Positions 39,290 to 51,005 of a stretch of 64,000 bases of DNA are shown here, in pieces. The stretch's first letter is position 1; every line of letters starts with the position of its first letter. Position numbers and translations under genes: made by a program. Source of the DNA: an uncultured Acidobacteriota bacterium (GTDB taxonomy: Bacteria > Acidobacteriota > Thermoanaerobaculia > Multivoradales > UBA5704); assembly GCA_963770895.1 (NCBI GenBank), contig CAVYRF010000002.1:2912001-2976000 (forward strand). The letters run 5' to 3'. The notes beneath the pieces are model-generated. The model saw only the letters and a list, made by a program, of their open reading frames with translations, was not told the DNA's origin and ran no database searches.

Positions 39290-41097
39290 CAGTCGCGCAC
39301 CTTGCCATGGTCCCCGATCGCGCCAGCCTGGCGGCCATCGAGCGCGCTCTTGCCGCCCGGCAGAGCCGGCGAGAGGGCCGCGAGGTGCGGTTCCTCTGCC
39401 CTGCGCACGACGACCGCCACCCCTCGGCTCGCTGGCATGGCGACAAGCACACCTGGTACTGCGACGCTTGCAGGAATGGAGGCGGCTGGCGGGACCTTGC
39501 CGGCCGCCTCGGTATCGAGCCGCAGGACGCCCTTCCGCCGGACGCTGAGATCGAAGCGGTCTACGACTACAGGGACGGTGACGGCCGCCTGTGCTTTCAG
39601 GTCCTGCGCAAGCGGGGCAAGACCTTCGCCTGCCGCCGGCCGCTTCCCGGTGGCAGCTGGGCCTGGAACCTTGCAGGCGTCGAGCGGCTCCTCTATCGCC
39701 TGCCGGAGACGCTCGTCGCCATCCGCGGCGGTGCGACGATTTATCTCGTCGAGGGTGAGAAAGACGCAGACCGCTTGGCGGTGCTGGGTCTTGCCGCCAC
39801 CACCAATCCCGGCGGCGCCGGCAAGTGGAGCCGCTCGATGAGCGACTCGCTGCGCGGCGCCCGCGTCGTGATCCTGCCTGACCACGATGCCGCTGGCCGC
39901 CACCACGCCAGGATCGTCGCGGTCAGCCTCGCAAACGTGGCTGCCGACGTTCGCATCCTGTCCTTGCCGGGTCTTCCTGAGAAGGGCGACGTATCGGATT
40001 GGATTGCCGGCCGCATGGCCGCCGGGCGTGCAGCCGACGAGCTGCGCCGCGAGCTCGAAGATCTGGCTGCCGCGGCGCCGCCCGCCGAGACGGTCGCTAA
40101 GCCTCGTTCCGTTCGTCCGTCCCGCCTACGCCGCTTGTCCGAGATCCCGCCGCAGAAGGTTGCCTTTCTCTGGTATCCCTACATCCCGTTGGGCAAGGTC
40201 ACGATCCTGGAGGGTGACCCGGGGCAGGGCAAGAGCTGGATCACCGCGGCAATCGCAGCTGCCGGCTCGCGCGGCGCTGGGCTCCCAGGGTCGTCGCCGT
40301 TTGCCCCGTTCCAGACGATCATCTTCACCGGCGAGGATGGCGTGGCGGATACGCTGCGGCCTCGCCTCGACGCCCTGGGGGCCGACTGCCAGCGCATCCT
40401 GGTCCATGACCAGGCGCTCGACCTGGCGCGCGAGGACGACCTCGCCGAGGTGGAGGAAGCGCTGTCCAGCCACCGGCCCCGGCTCGTCATCTTCGACCCA
40501 ATCGTCGCCTACCTCGGCGCCAAGACCGATTTCTACCGGGCCAACGAAGTGCGGTCCGTCCTCGCACCGCTCGCTCGTTTGGCGGATCGCTACGGATGTG
40601 CGGTCCTCGCCGTGCGCCACCTCAACAAGGCCAAGGGGACTCGCAGCATCTACGCCGGGCAAGGCAGCATCGACTTCACCGCTGCCGCCCGCTCGGTGCT
40701 CCTCGCCGGCTGTGCCCGCGACGACGCGGCCGAACACGCCATGGTTCATATCAAGCACAACCTCACTGAGCCGGGTGCGGCCCAGGCGTATGTGATCGAT
40801 GAGCACGGATTCCGCTGGGCTGGCGAGAGCGCGCTGCGGGCCAGCGATCTGCTCGCACCAGAGGCGACTGCCGATGAAATCTCGTCACTGGACGAAGCCT
40901 GCGACTTCCTACGCCGCCAGCTTGCCGACAAGTCGGTGCCGACCCAGAGGATCTGGGAGGCGGCCCGCGAAGCGGGTCTAGCCCACAACACCATACGCCG
41001 CGCCAAGCAGCGAGAAGGCATCGTCGCCGTGCGCAGGGGCTATGGGGAAGGCGGCACCTGGCACTGGACCTACGAGAAACCGGCCGAGACGACCTGA
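39286..41097 (+). CDS. Primase-helicase (Zn finger, TOPRIM, AAA_25/RepA-type helicase)
   Basis: CPAHDD...CDAC, YLVEGEKD, ILPDHDAAG, KGDVSDW, GDPGQGKS, LVIFDP, VRHLNK. Confidence 0.88.
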   Translation: MTVAHLAMVPDRASLAAIERALAARQSRREGREVRFLCPAHDDRHPSARWHGDKHTWYCDACRNGGGWRDLAGRLGIEPQDALPPDAEIEAVYDYRDGDGRLCFQVLRKRGKTFACRRPLPGGSWAWNLAGVERLLYRLPETLVAIRGGATIYLVEGEKDADRLAVLGLAATTNPGGAGKWSRSMSDSLRGARVVILPDHDAAGRHHARIVAVSLANVAADVRILSLPGLPEKGDVSDWIAGRMAAGRAADELRRELEDLAAAAPPAETVAKPRSVRPSRLRRLSEIPPQKVAFLWYPYIPLGKVTILEGDPGQGKSWITAAIAAAGSRGAGLPGSSPFAPFQTIIFTGEDGVADTLRPRLDALGADCQRILVHDQALDLAREDDLAEVEEALSSHRPRLVIFDPIVAYLGAKTDFYRANEVRSVLAPLARLADRYGCAVLAVRHLNKAKGTRSIYAGQGSIDFTAAARSVLLAGCARDDAAEHAMVHIKHNLTEPGAAQAYVIDEHGFRWAGESALRASDLLAPEATADEISSLDEACDFLRRQLADKSVPTQRIWEAAREAGLAHNTIRRAKQREGIVAVRRGYGEGGTWHWTYEKPAETT

Positions 41098-41178
41098 TGC
41101 CACTTCCTTCCCGGCACCAGCTGCAAACATCTGGCCTTCGAAATGCCACATCCAACCGCCGGGCCACGGCCGAAAGCG

Positions 41179-41424
41179 CTCATAGATGCCCAAACTCTGC
41201 ATACATACCCATTGGGCATCTATGGAGGCTTGAACCACGGCGCGGAGGAGATTCCTCGGCCGGAAGCCCGCAGAAATCGCGGCACGGTGGCGCATTGCTT
41301 CGTACGCTGGCGCACACGCGGCAGCTCCGGCGTCGGAGTACTTGTTCCTCTCTGGCGGCCTTGCTTGGGGGGCCGGCATAGATGGGCGCTTGGGCATCTA
41401 TGGAGCCCTTGGGCATCTATGGAG
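41179..41424. repeat. Iteron-like TTGGGCATCTATG(GAG) repeats, direct and inverted
   Basis: Inverted copy 41181-41193, direct copies at 41212, 41390, 41409, partial inverted copy (CATAGATG) at 41377. Confidence 0.8.
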
Positions 41425-42305
41425 CGGTGCCACCGCTCAACCTGGTCGGGCCTGGCAGGAGATCCGCACGACCTCTCGCCGCGCCGGCCTCGTGATCGCC
41501 CTTGCCGCGATCCTGGTGCAGGCTCCCCGTCTCGTCCTCGCCCTGCTCGCCGGCGACCGCCTGCCCGTGGGGCCGGCCGGCGAGCGCGGAAGGAGAGCTT
41601 TTCCTTTCGACGCGGCCAGGCCGTGCGTCTCAAAGCTGACACCGTTGCGAGCCAGGAGTTGTAAAAAACATGCCGGCTCTGCCAGCCGGCAGTGTCCCGG
41701 CACGTGCCGGCAAGCATGTCGGTCGGAATCAGGGCGCCTCCGCCGCCCAGGCCAGCGAGCGGGTTGGCCTTCTGGTCGGTGCCGCAAAGGGTGCCGGCAC
41801 TCTCTGGTGGCACTACGCTCGCGATCGGCACCACCGTGGCCTGCCAAGGTTTCCGCCCAACCGTCCGGGCTGGTAGGGGGGTCGAAATCCGCTGAACTGC
41901 CGCCGAACGATCCGCGCTCCTTCTCCTCCACGCCCCCGCCCTCGGCCTCGCTGCTTCCATCTGCCCGGTATCTGAGAGTGTTCCCGGCGGGCATGCGAAC
42001 CGTCCGTGTGCTCGTCGTGGCTGGGTCGGGACCGACAACCGGCTCTCCCGTCCCGCGAAGGTAACGCCACCCCCACCCTTACCAGACCCGGCATTCCTCC
42101 CTGGGCCTCACCGACTCGGTACACCACCCCAGGGTGGCCGCGAGGCTTGGCCTCTGCCCGATGCGACAGAATGAAGAGTTGCCGATATTTCGATGTCTTT
42201 GACCTGGGCGATGCAGAGCAGGTAGCCTTCGCGGCGAGCCCTTGTCGTTGCTGATCCAGGCCATTCTGGTCGCTCCGTCCGCCGGGTAAGGGGGATGACA
42301 TCCAG

Positions 42306-45300
42306 GTGCCAGCGAACCCCACAGAAGCACTGGTCGCCGATCTGCGAGCCCAGATCGAGGCCGGCGAGGTGCTGGTCATCGCCGGCGCCGGCGTCTCGGT
42401 GGCGGCGACCGCCGAGGGCACGGCGCCAGGCGGTAGCCCCGTCGCTTCGTGGAAGGGCCTGCTGGTGGATGGCATCGAGCGCTCTACGCAGGTGGGATCG
42501 CCTCCGCCTGCGGCGGGCTGGGCGGAGCGGCTCCGGGCCGACCTCGAATCGAAGGATCTTGACGACCTCCTGTCGGTGCCTGAGCGAGTGGCCAGCCGCC
42601 TGGGAGCGCCGAAGGGGGGCGAGTACCGCCGCTGGCTGCGCGAGACGGTCGGCTCCTTGCGAGCCATCGACCGATCGGTGCCGGAGGCGCTGGCCGGGCT
42701 GGGGATGACGATCGCCACCACCAACTACGACGGGCTGCTGGAGGAAGTCACGGGCCGGCCGCCGGTGACCTGGCGGGACGGTACGCGGATGGAACGGGTG
42801 GTGCGCGGCGATGAGGTGGGCATCCTGCATCTCCACGGTCATTGGCAGGACCCAGAGTCGGTGGTGCTGGGCATCCGCAGCTACGAGAAGATCCTTGGCG
42901 ATGCGCCCACCCAGGCGATGCTGAAGGCGGTGCGGTCGCTGCAGACGCTGCTTTTCATCGGCTGCGGCGCCACCCTGGAGGACCCGAACTTCGCGGCGCT
43001 GCTGGCCTGGAGCCGCGGCGTCTTCGCCGGCTCCGAATACCGCCACTTCCGGCTGTGCCGGGACAGCGAGGTGGCGGCCCTCCGTGCCCTCCATGGTCCG
43101 GAGGAGCGTCTGTTCCCGGTTCCCTACGGCCGAGAGCACAGCGATCTGGCGCCGTTCTTGCGGAGCCTGCGGGCTCCGCGGTCGCCGGTGGCGGCACCGT
43201 CCCGGCCGGCGACTGCGGCCTCCTCCGCGGGCGCCGATCCGGTGGTGCCGCGGCTGCCGCCGCCGCGCTACTGCTTCGGTCGCGAGGACGCGGTTGCGCA
43301 GGCCGTGGCCGCGGTCCTCGCCAAGCCGGCGGCGCCGCTAGCGATCCTGGGACCTCCGGGGGTAGGCAAGACGACCGTCGCGGTCACCGCACTGCACGGT
43401 CCACGGGTGGTCAAGCGCTACCGCTCGCGGCGGTTCTTCGTGCGTGCCGATGGGGTCAGCGGGCGCGACGCCCTGGTGGCGGCGGTCGCCTCGGCGATGG
43501 GGCTCGAACCCGGGGCGGGCCTTGAGCAGCGGACCTGGAGCGCGCTGGACCGCGGCGCGGCGCTGCTGGTGATCGACAACGCCGAGACCCCCTGGGATGC
43601 CGATCCGCAGGCGGTCGAAGAGCTGCTCGCACAGCTCGCGGCGGTGCCTGGCCTCGCCCTGGTCGCCACCGTCCGCGGCGACGAGCGCCCCGCGGGACCG
43701 CGATGGACCGAGCCGATCCGGCTACGCCCGCTCGACCCTGCGCCGGCGCGCAGCGCGTTTCTCGCGGTCGCGGGCGAGCGACACCGCTCCGACCCCCATC
43801 TCGACCCGCTGCTCGAAGCCGTCGAGAGGCTGCCGATCGCCATCGACCTGCTCGCCCATCAAGCCGAACCGCTGCCGGGTCTCGCCGAGCTATGGCAGCG
43901 CTGGCAGAGTGAGCGTAGCGCCGTGCTGCGCCGCGCCGGCGGCCGCACCCGCGAGGTCAGCCTTGATGCCTCGGTCGAGCTTTCGCTCCAGAGCCCACGG
44001 ATGACCCAGTGCGGCGAGCGGCTGGCAAGCCTGCTCGCCCAGCTGCCCGGCGGCATTGCCCCTGAGGATCTGGGCGCGTTGTTGGGCGGGGAGGGTGCCA
44101 CCGCAGCAGCCGAGCTACGCAGGACCGGCCTCGCGGCCCCGGACGTAGCCCGGTTGCGCCTGCTGGCTCCCATCCGCGAGGTGCTTCGCCGCCTGCGCCC
44201 GCCACAGCCCGAGGATCATCTGCGGCTGGTCGCCCACTTCCTCGAGCTCGCCCGGCTCGGAAAGCGAGTGGGGGCCGAGGGGGGCGCAGGGGTTGCGCGG
44301 AGGCTGGAGACCGAGCTGGGCAACCTGGAGGCAATCCTTGCGAGCGCCCTGGAGGCCCCCGATCCCGAGCCCGCCATAGCCGCCGCGCTGGATCTCGGCA
44401 GGTTCCAGCGCTTCACCGGACTGGGAGGCTCGGCTCTGCTGGATCAGGCCGCATCGGCAGCCGGATCGGTCCTTCTCCAGGCTCAGTGCCTCCGTGCACG
44501 GGCAGATCTAGCCCTTGCCCGCTCCGACCACGACGGCGCGCGGTCGCGCTACGAGGAGGCCCTGCCGCTCTTCCGCCGGGTGGGCGACGTGCTCGGCGAG
44601 GCCAACTGCATCCAGAGCCTCGGCGACATCGCCCAGCGGCGCTCCGACCACGACGGCGCGCGGTCGCGCTACGAGGAGGCCCTGCCGCTCTACCGCCGGG
44701 TGGGCTCCGTGCTCGGCGAGGCCAACTGCATCCAGAGCCTCGGCGACATCGCCCTGCGGCGCTCCGACCACGATGGCGCGCAGTCGCGCTACGAGGAGGC
44801 CCTGCCGCTCTACCGCCGGGTGGGCGACGTGCTCGGCGAGGCCAACTGCATCCAGAGACTCGGCGACATCGCCCTGCGGCGCTCCGACCACGATGGCGCG
44901 CAGTCGCGCTACGAGGAGGCCCTGCCGCTCTACCGCCGGGTGGGCGACGTGCTCGGCGAGGCCAACTGCATCAAGAGCCTCGGCGACATCGCCCAGCGGC
45001 GCTCCGACCACGACGGCGCGCGGTCGCGCTACGAGGAGGCCCTGCCGCTCTTCCGCCGGGTGGGCGACGTGCTCGGCGAGGCCAACTGCATCCAGAGCCT
45101 CGGCGACATCGCCCTGCGGCGCTCCGACCACGACGGCGCGCGGTCGCGCTACGAGGAGGCCCTGCCGCTCTACCGCCGGGTGGGCTCCGTGCTCGGCGAG
45201 GCCAACTGCATCCAGAGCCTCGGCGACATCGCCCTCGAGCGCTCCGACCACGACGGCGCGCGGTCGCGCTACGAGGAGGCCCTGCCGCTCTTCCGCCGGG

Positions 45301-45614
45301 TGGGCGACGTGCTCGGCGAGGCCAACTGCGTTTTCGGTCTCGGCGATGTCGCGGCTGCCATCGGAGAAGCAGGGATAGGACGTCAGCTGATCGGCCAAGC
45401 GCTTTCGCTCTACCTTGGGATCGCCGAGCCCTATTCGGTCGGTCGGGCACATCGAAGGTTGGCCGAGCTCGCCGCGGACTCGGCATCACGGCAGGAGCAC
45501 CTGGAGGCTGCCCGCCAAGCGTTGGCAGGCATCGGGCGCTTCGATCTCGTAGCGGACCTCGACAGCGATCTCGACGCCGTCGGCGCCAAACCCGAGGGGA
45601 ACGGGGGCGGCTGA
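42306..45614 (+). CDS. SIR2-like - STAND NTPase - TPR protein (NLR/Avs-like)
   Basis: IAGAGVS, TTNYD, HLHG, LFIGCG (SIR2_2); GPPGVGKT, LLVIDNAE (Walker A/B), ERLPIAI; 40-aa TPR repeats. Confidence 0.88.
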   Translation: MPANPTEALVADLRAQIEAGEVLVIAGAGVSVAATAEGTAPGGSPVASWKGLLVDGIERSTQVGSPPPAAGWAERLRADLESKDLDDLLSVPERVASRLGAPKGGEYRRWLRETVGSLRAIDRSVPEALAGLGMTIATTNYDGLLEEVTGRPPVTWRDGTRMERVVRGDEVGILHLHGHWQDPESVVLGIRSYEKILGDAPTQAMLKAVRSLQTLLFIGCGATLEDPNFAALLAWSRGVFAGSEYRHFRLCRDSEVAALRALHGPEERLFPVPYGREHSDLAPFLRSLRAPRSPVAAPSRPATAASSAGADPVVPRLPPPRYCFGREDAVAQAVAAVLAKPAAPLAILGPPGVGKTTVAVTALHGPRVVKRYRSRRFFVRADGVSGRDALVAAVASAMGLEPGAGLEQRTWSALDRGAALLVIDNAETPWDADPQAVEELLAQLAAVPGLALVATVRGDERPAGPRWTEPIRLRPLDPAPARSAFLAVAGERHRSDPHLDPLLEAVERLPIAIDLLAHQAEPLPGLAELWQRWQSERSAVLRRAGGRTREVSLDASVELSLQSPRMTQCGERLASLLAQLPGGIAPEDLGALLGGEGATAAAELRRTGLAAPDVARLRLLAPIREVLRRLRPPQPEDHLRLVAHFLELARLGKRVGAEGGAGVARRLETELGNLEAILASALEAPDPEPAIAAALDLGRFQRFTGLGGSALLDQAASAAGSVLLQAQCLRARADLALARSDHDGARSRYEEALPLFRRVGDVLGEANCIQSLGDIAQRRSDHDGARSRYEEALPLYRRVGSVLGEANCIQSLGDIALRRSDHDGAQSRYEEALPLYRRVGDVLGEANCIQRLGDIALRRSDHDGAQSRYEEALPLYRRVGDVLGEANCIKSLGDIAQRRSDHDGARSRYEEALPLFRRVGDVLGEANCIQSLGDIALRRSDHDGARSRYEEALPLYRRVGSVLGEANCIQSLGDIALERSDHDGARSRYEEALPLFRRVGDVLGEANCVFGLGDVAAAIGEAGIGRQLIGQALSLYLGIAEPYSVGRAHRRLAELAADSASRQEHLEAARQALAGIGRFDLVADLDSDLDAVGAKPEGNGGG
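44520..45348 (+). repeat. Seven near-identical 120-bp tandem repeats encoding TPR units
   Basis: gctccgaccacga... recurs at 44521, 44641, 44761, 44881, 45001, 45121, 45241. Confidence 0.97.
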
Positions 45615-45858
45615 GACCGCGCGCCACATGGCTAGCCGGTCACATTTCGGCGACCACCCCTCCCCAGCCCCACGCCAGCCTGACACGACGGATGACGCCT
45701 GCCCCGGCAACGATCCCGGGGAGGCACTCGCGCCATGGCTATGTTCCGCCTCCTCATTGCACACTAGCGCCCGCCCATCCTCTCCGCGGCTTGCTTCCCC
45801 TGCGCTTCCCCTCGCGGATTGGGCGGGACGCCCTTATCTCTCAAACCACTGATTCTAT

Positions 45859-45908
45859 TGGAGCCGACGATCGGGATTGAACCGATGACCTGCTGATTAC
45901 GAATCAGC
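45859..45908 (-). tRNA. tRNA-Thr(CGT) 3' fragment (probable att site), lacking canonical D-arm
   Basis: Minus strand GCTGA-TTCGTAA-TCAGC AGGTC ATCGG-TTCAATC-CCGAT CGTCGGC T CCA; no AGCTCAG/TGGTAGAGC D-arm upstream. Confidence 0.85.
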
Positions 45909-46069
45909 CGGACGGAACGAAGTCGGCCAACGGCACGGAGGAGAGGTTGTCAGCGGTCGAGCTCACACGGACAGGACGCTATCATGCGCCCGATGCGGTT
46001 CTCCGGCTGGGCGCAGCGGTATGGTCGAAGCGTATGCCAAGCCGGCGGCCGGATCTGGGGTAGTAGCCG

Positions 46070-47779
46070 ATGAACCTCTACGACTTGTTTGCCATCGCAG
46101 GCCAGCGCTCGCCGGAACGCGTGGCGTTGAGCATGCCGGTGGCCAGCGCCGTTCCGCAACCGCAGGAGTTCGCGTCAGATGAGGTGTTGCCTCGGCAGGT
46201 GACCGCTATCGAATGGAGCTATTTCGAGCTGCTGATGCGCGCCGGTGCGCTGGCGGAGGGGTTGTGGGGCTGGGGCTTGCGGCCGGGGGATCGGGTCGCT
46301 TGCTGGCTTGGCAACCGGCCGGAGCTGGTCGTGCTGCACCTGGCCCTGCTGCGGCTGGGTGCGGTGTTGGTGCCGCTCAACCTGGCATACCGCCGGCGGG
46401 AGATCGGTCACATCCTGGCGGATGCGGCGCCACGCTTGCTGGTGGCGGAAACGGCCCAGCGCGAGCTGCTGGCCGAGGTGGATGCTGCCGACCGGGCAAC
46501 CCTGGAGGCGGTGCTGTCGGTCGAGGACCTGGCCGGCGGCCTGCTGGCGGGCGGCATCGCGGCTGCAGATGAGACGGCGGCCGGCGGGACGGGGCGGGCG
46601 GTGGCGCTGGGCGGCGACCAGCTGGCGATGTTGCTGTATACATCGGGCACGACGGGGCCCAGCAAGGGGGCGATGCTGAGCCATAACAATCTGCTGGCGA
46701 CGGTGACCGGCTTGCTGGCGGCCTGGGCTTGGCGGGCCGATGACCGGTTGTTGCTGACGCTGCCGCTGTTTCATGTGCATGGCCTGGTGGTGGGGCTGGA
46801 TTGCGCCTTGGCGGCGGGCGCCACGGTCGAGCTGCGGCGGCGGTTCGATGCCGCGGCGGTGGTGGATGAGCTGGAGGGCGGTGTGGCGACGCTGTTCTTT
46901 GGCGTGCCGACGCTCTATGTGCGCTTGGTCGGGGAGCTGGCGCGGCGGGGTGCGGCGCGGCGGGCGGGCTCGGTCGCGGGCGCGGCGCCCGAGAACGCTG
47001 GGCACGCGGATGCGGCGCACGGGGGCGGCGCGGAAACGGGCTCAGCGCACCTGGACGGCGGGGGTGCGGCCCGGGGCAGCGGCATCGCGGGGATGCGGCT
47101 GTTCTGCTCGGGCAGCGCGCCCTTGGCCCCCGATACGTTTGCGGGGTTTTTGCGGCTGACGGGGCATGCGATCCTGGAACGATATGGGATGACGGAAACG
47201 GGGATGTTGCTGGGCAATCCCTACCTGGGGCCGCGGGTGGCGGGGGAGGTGGGTGGGCCGTTTCCCGGCGTGTCGGTGCGGGTGGTGGACGAAGCGGGCG
47301 GCGACGTGGTGGCTGGGGAGACGGGGGAGCTGCTGGTGCGCGGGGGGAACGTGTTTGCGGGGTATTGGCGGGCGCCGGACAAGACGGCCGCGAGCTTTGT
47401 TGCCGACGCGGTGGGGCGGCGATGGTTCCGCACCGGCGACCTGGCGCGCCAGGACGCGGCGGCGGGGACGTTCACCCTGCTGGGCCGGCGTCACGAACTG
47501 ATCCTGTCCGGCGGGTTCAACGTCTATCCGCGCGAGATCGAGGAGACGTTGCTGGGGTTCCCCGGAGTTCTGGAGGCGGCGGTGGTGGGGCGCCCGCATG
47601 CGGAGTGGGGCGAGGTGCCGGTGGCCTACCTGGTCGCCGCGGCGCCGATGGACGAAGCGGCTCTGCTTGCCCATTGCCGGAGCCAGCTGGCGGGTTTCAA
47701 GGTGCCGCGCGAGGTGCGCTACGTGGAGACGCTGCCGCGCAACGCCCTCGGCAAGCTGCAAAAACACCTGTTGCGCTGA
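46070..47779 (+). CDS. Acyl-CoA synthetase (MatB/malonyl-CoA ligase-like)
   Basis: YTSGTTGPSKG, LPLFHVHGL, SGSAPL, ILERYGMTE, WFRTGD, SGGFNVYP.EIE, PRNALGK. Confidence 0.9.
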   Translation: MNLYDLFAIAGQRSPERVALSMPVASAVPQPQEFASDEVLPRQVTAIEWSYFELLMRAGALAEGLWGWGLRPGDRVACWLGNRPELVVLHLALLRLGAVLVPLNLAYRRREIGHILADAAPRLLVAETAQRELLAEVDAADRATLEAVLSVEDLAGGLLAGGIAAADETAAGGTGRAVALGGDQLAMLLYTSGTTGPSKGAMLSHNNLLATVTGLLAAWAWRADDRLLLTLPLFHVHGLVVGLDCALAAGATVELRRRFDAAAVVDELEGGVATLFFGVPTLYVRLVGELARRGAARRAGSVAGAAPENAGHADAAHGGGAETGSAHLDGGGAARGSGIAGMRLFCSGSAPLAPDTFAGFLRLTGHAILERYGMTETGMLLGNPYLGPRVAGEVGGPFPGVSVRVVDEAGGDVVAGETGELLVRGGNVFAGYWRAPDKTAASFVADAVGRRWFRTGDLARQDAAAGTFTLLGRRHELILSGGFNVYPREIEETLLGFPGVLEAAVVGRPHAEWGEVPVAYLVAAAPMDEAALLAHCRSQLAGFKVPREVRYVETLPRNALGKLQKHLLR

Positions 47780-47856
47780 GCGTGCCGGGGCGCGGAAAGC
47801 GTGGCGCTGAGCGCTGCGCCGGGTGCTATTCTGCGACCCAGCTTACGAGGTGACCC

Positions 47857-50282
<2,426 letters not shown>

Positions 50283-50286
<4 letters not shown>

Positions 50287-50830
50287 CGTGATGAGCGTGA
50301 TGAGCCCGGAGCCGGGCCGGGCACCGGGCGCTCGGTCCCGCACTGTCCGGTGGACAGGTAGGTGCCGCCCAACATCGTGCCGCAGACCTTGATGGCGGCC
50401 AGGCCGGCGGCCCCCTTCTCATAGGGATCGGCGTCGAGCACGGCGAAGTCGGCGAACTTGCCGGGCTCGATGCTGCCCACCTTGGCGTCCAGGCGCAGCA
50501 CGAAGGCCGCGTCGATGGTGATGGCACGCAGGGCCTGGTCCAGGGTCAGGCGTTCGTCGGGGCCGAAGACCTTGGCGCCGGTAGCGTAGCCTTGCCGGTT
50601 GGCGGCGATCCAGGCGGCGAGCAGGGGCTGCGGCACGGCGATGGGAAAATCCGAATGGAGGGCCGTCGGCACCCCGGCGCTCACCAGGGAGCGCAAGCGC
50701 GCCGTCGTGTCGGAGCGGTCCGCGCCGATCAGGCTCTCGTTGATCTGGGCGCGCAGGTAGACATAGTAGATGTTGACGCTGGCGAGGTCGCCCAAGGCCC
50801 GCAGGCGGCGGGCCTGGTCCGGCCGCGAGG
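50283..50830 (-). pseudogene. Amidohydrolase_3 family C-terminal fragment
   Basis: ALHSDFPI, ERLTLDQALRAITIDAA, GSIEPGKFADFAVL; the N-terminal majority of the family is missing. Confidence 0.72.
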
Positions 50831-51005
50831 GAGACGAAGGATGCGCTGCACAGCCAAGAGTCGACAAGGCGCCGCCGCGACAAGGCCCATACCACCCCTC
50901 CCTCATGCTCAAACCTGTGTTCGCATCCGCAGCGCGACTACGCTAAGTCATGCAGGTACCTCGGTCAAGAAGTCGGGCCGGCACCGCCGGCACCGCGCCA
51001 CCTCA

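Larger units (their letters stand above)
35360..45908. mobile_element. Decaying satellite-like integrative element (int remnant, vapBC, mobC, xis, primase-helicase, NLR-like cargo), right end at tRNA-Thr fragment
   Basis: Gene content, lower GC, tRNA 3' fragment at the right end; left boundary not located exactly. Confidence 0.72.

Noticed and set aside
41430-42290. Intact genes between the iterons and the NLR-like gene
   Set aside because: Only short hydrophobic fragments (e.g. GLVIALAAILVQAPRLVLALL) without a coherent ORF; probably decayed remnants.
44520-45348. Possible CRISPR array or DGR template/variable repeats
   Set aside because: Units are contiguous 120-bp in-frame coding repeats without unique spacers; no cas or reverse transcriptase gene is present.
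45859-45927. Intact canonical tRNA-Thr gene
   Set aside because: No D-arm consensus; annotated as a fragment or att site.
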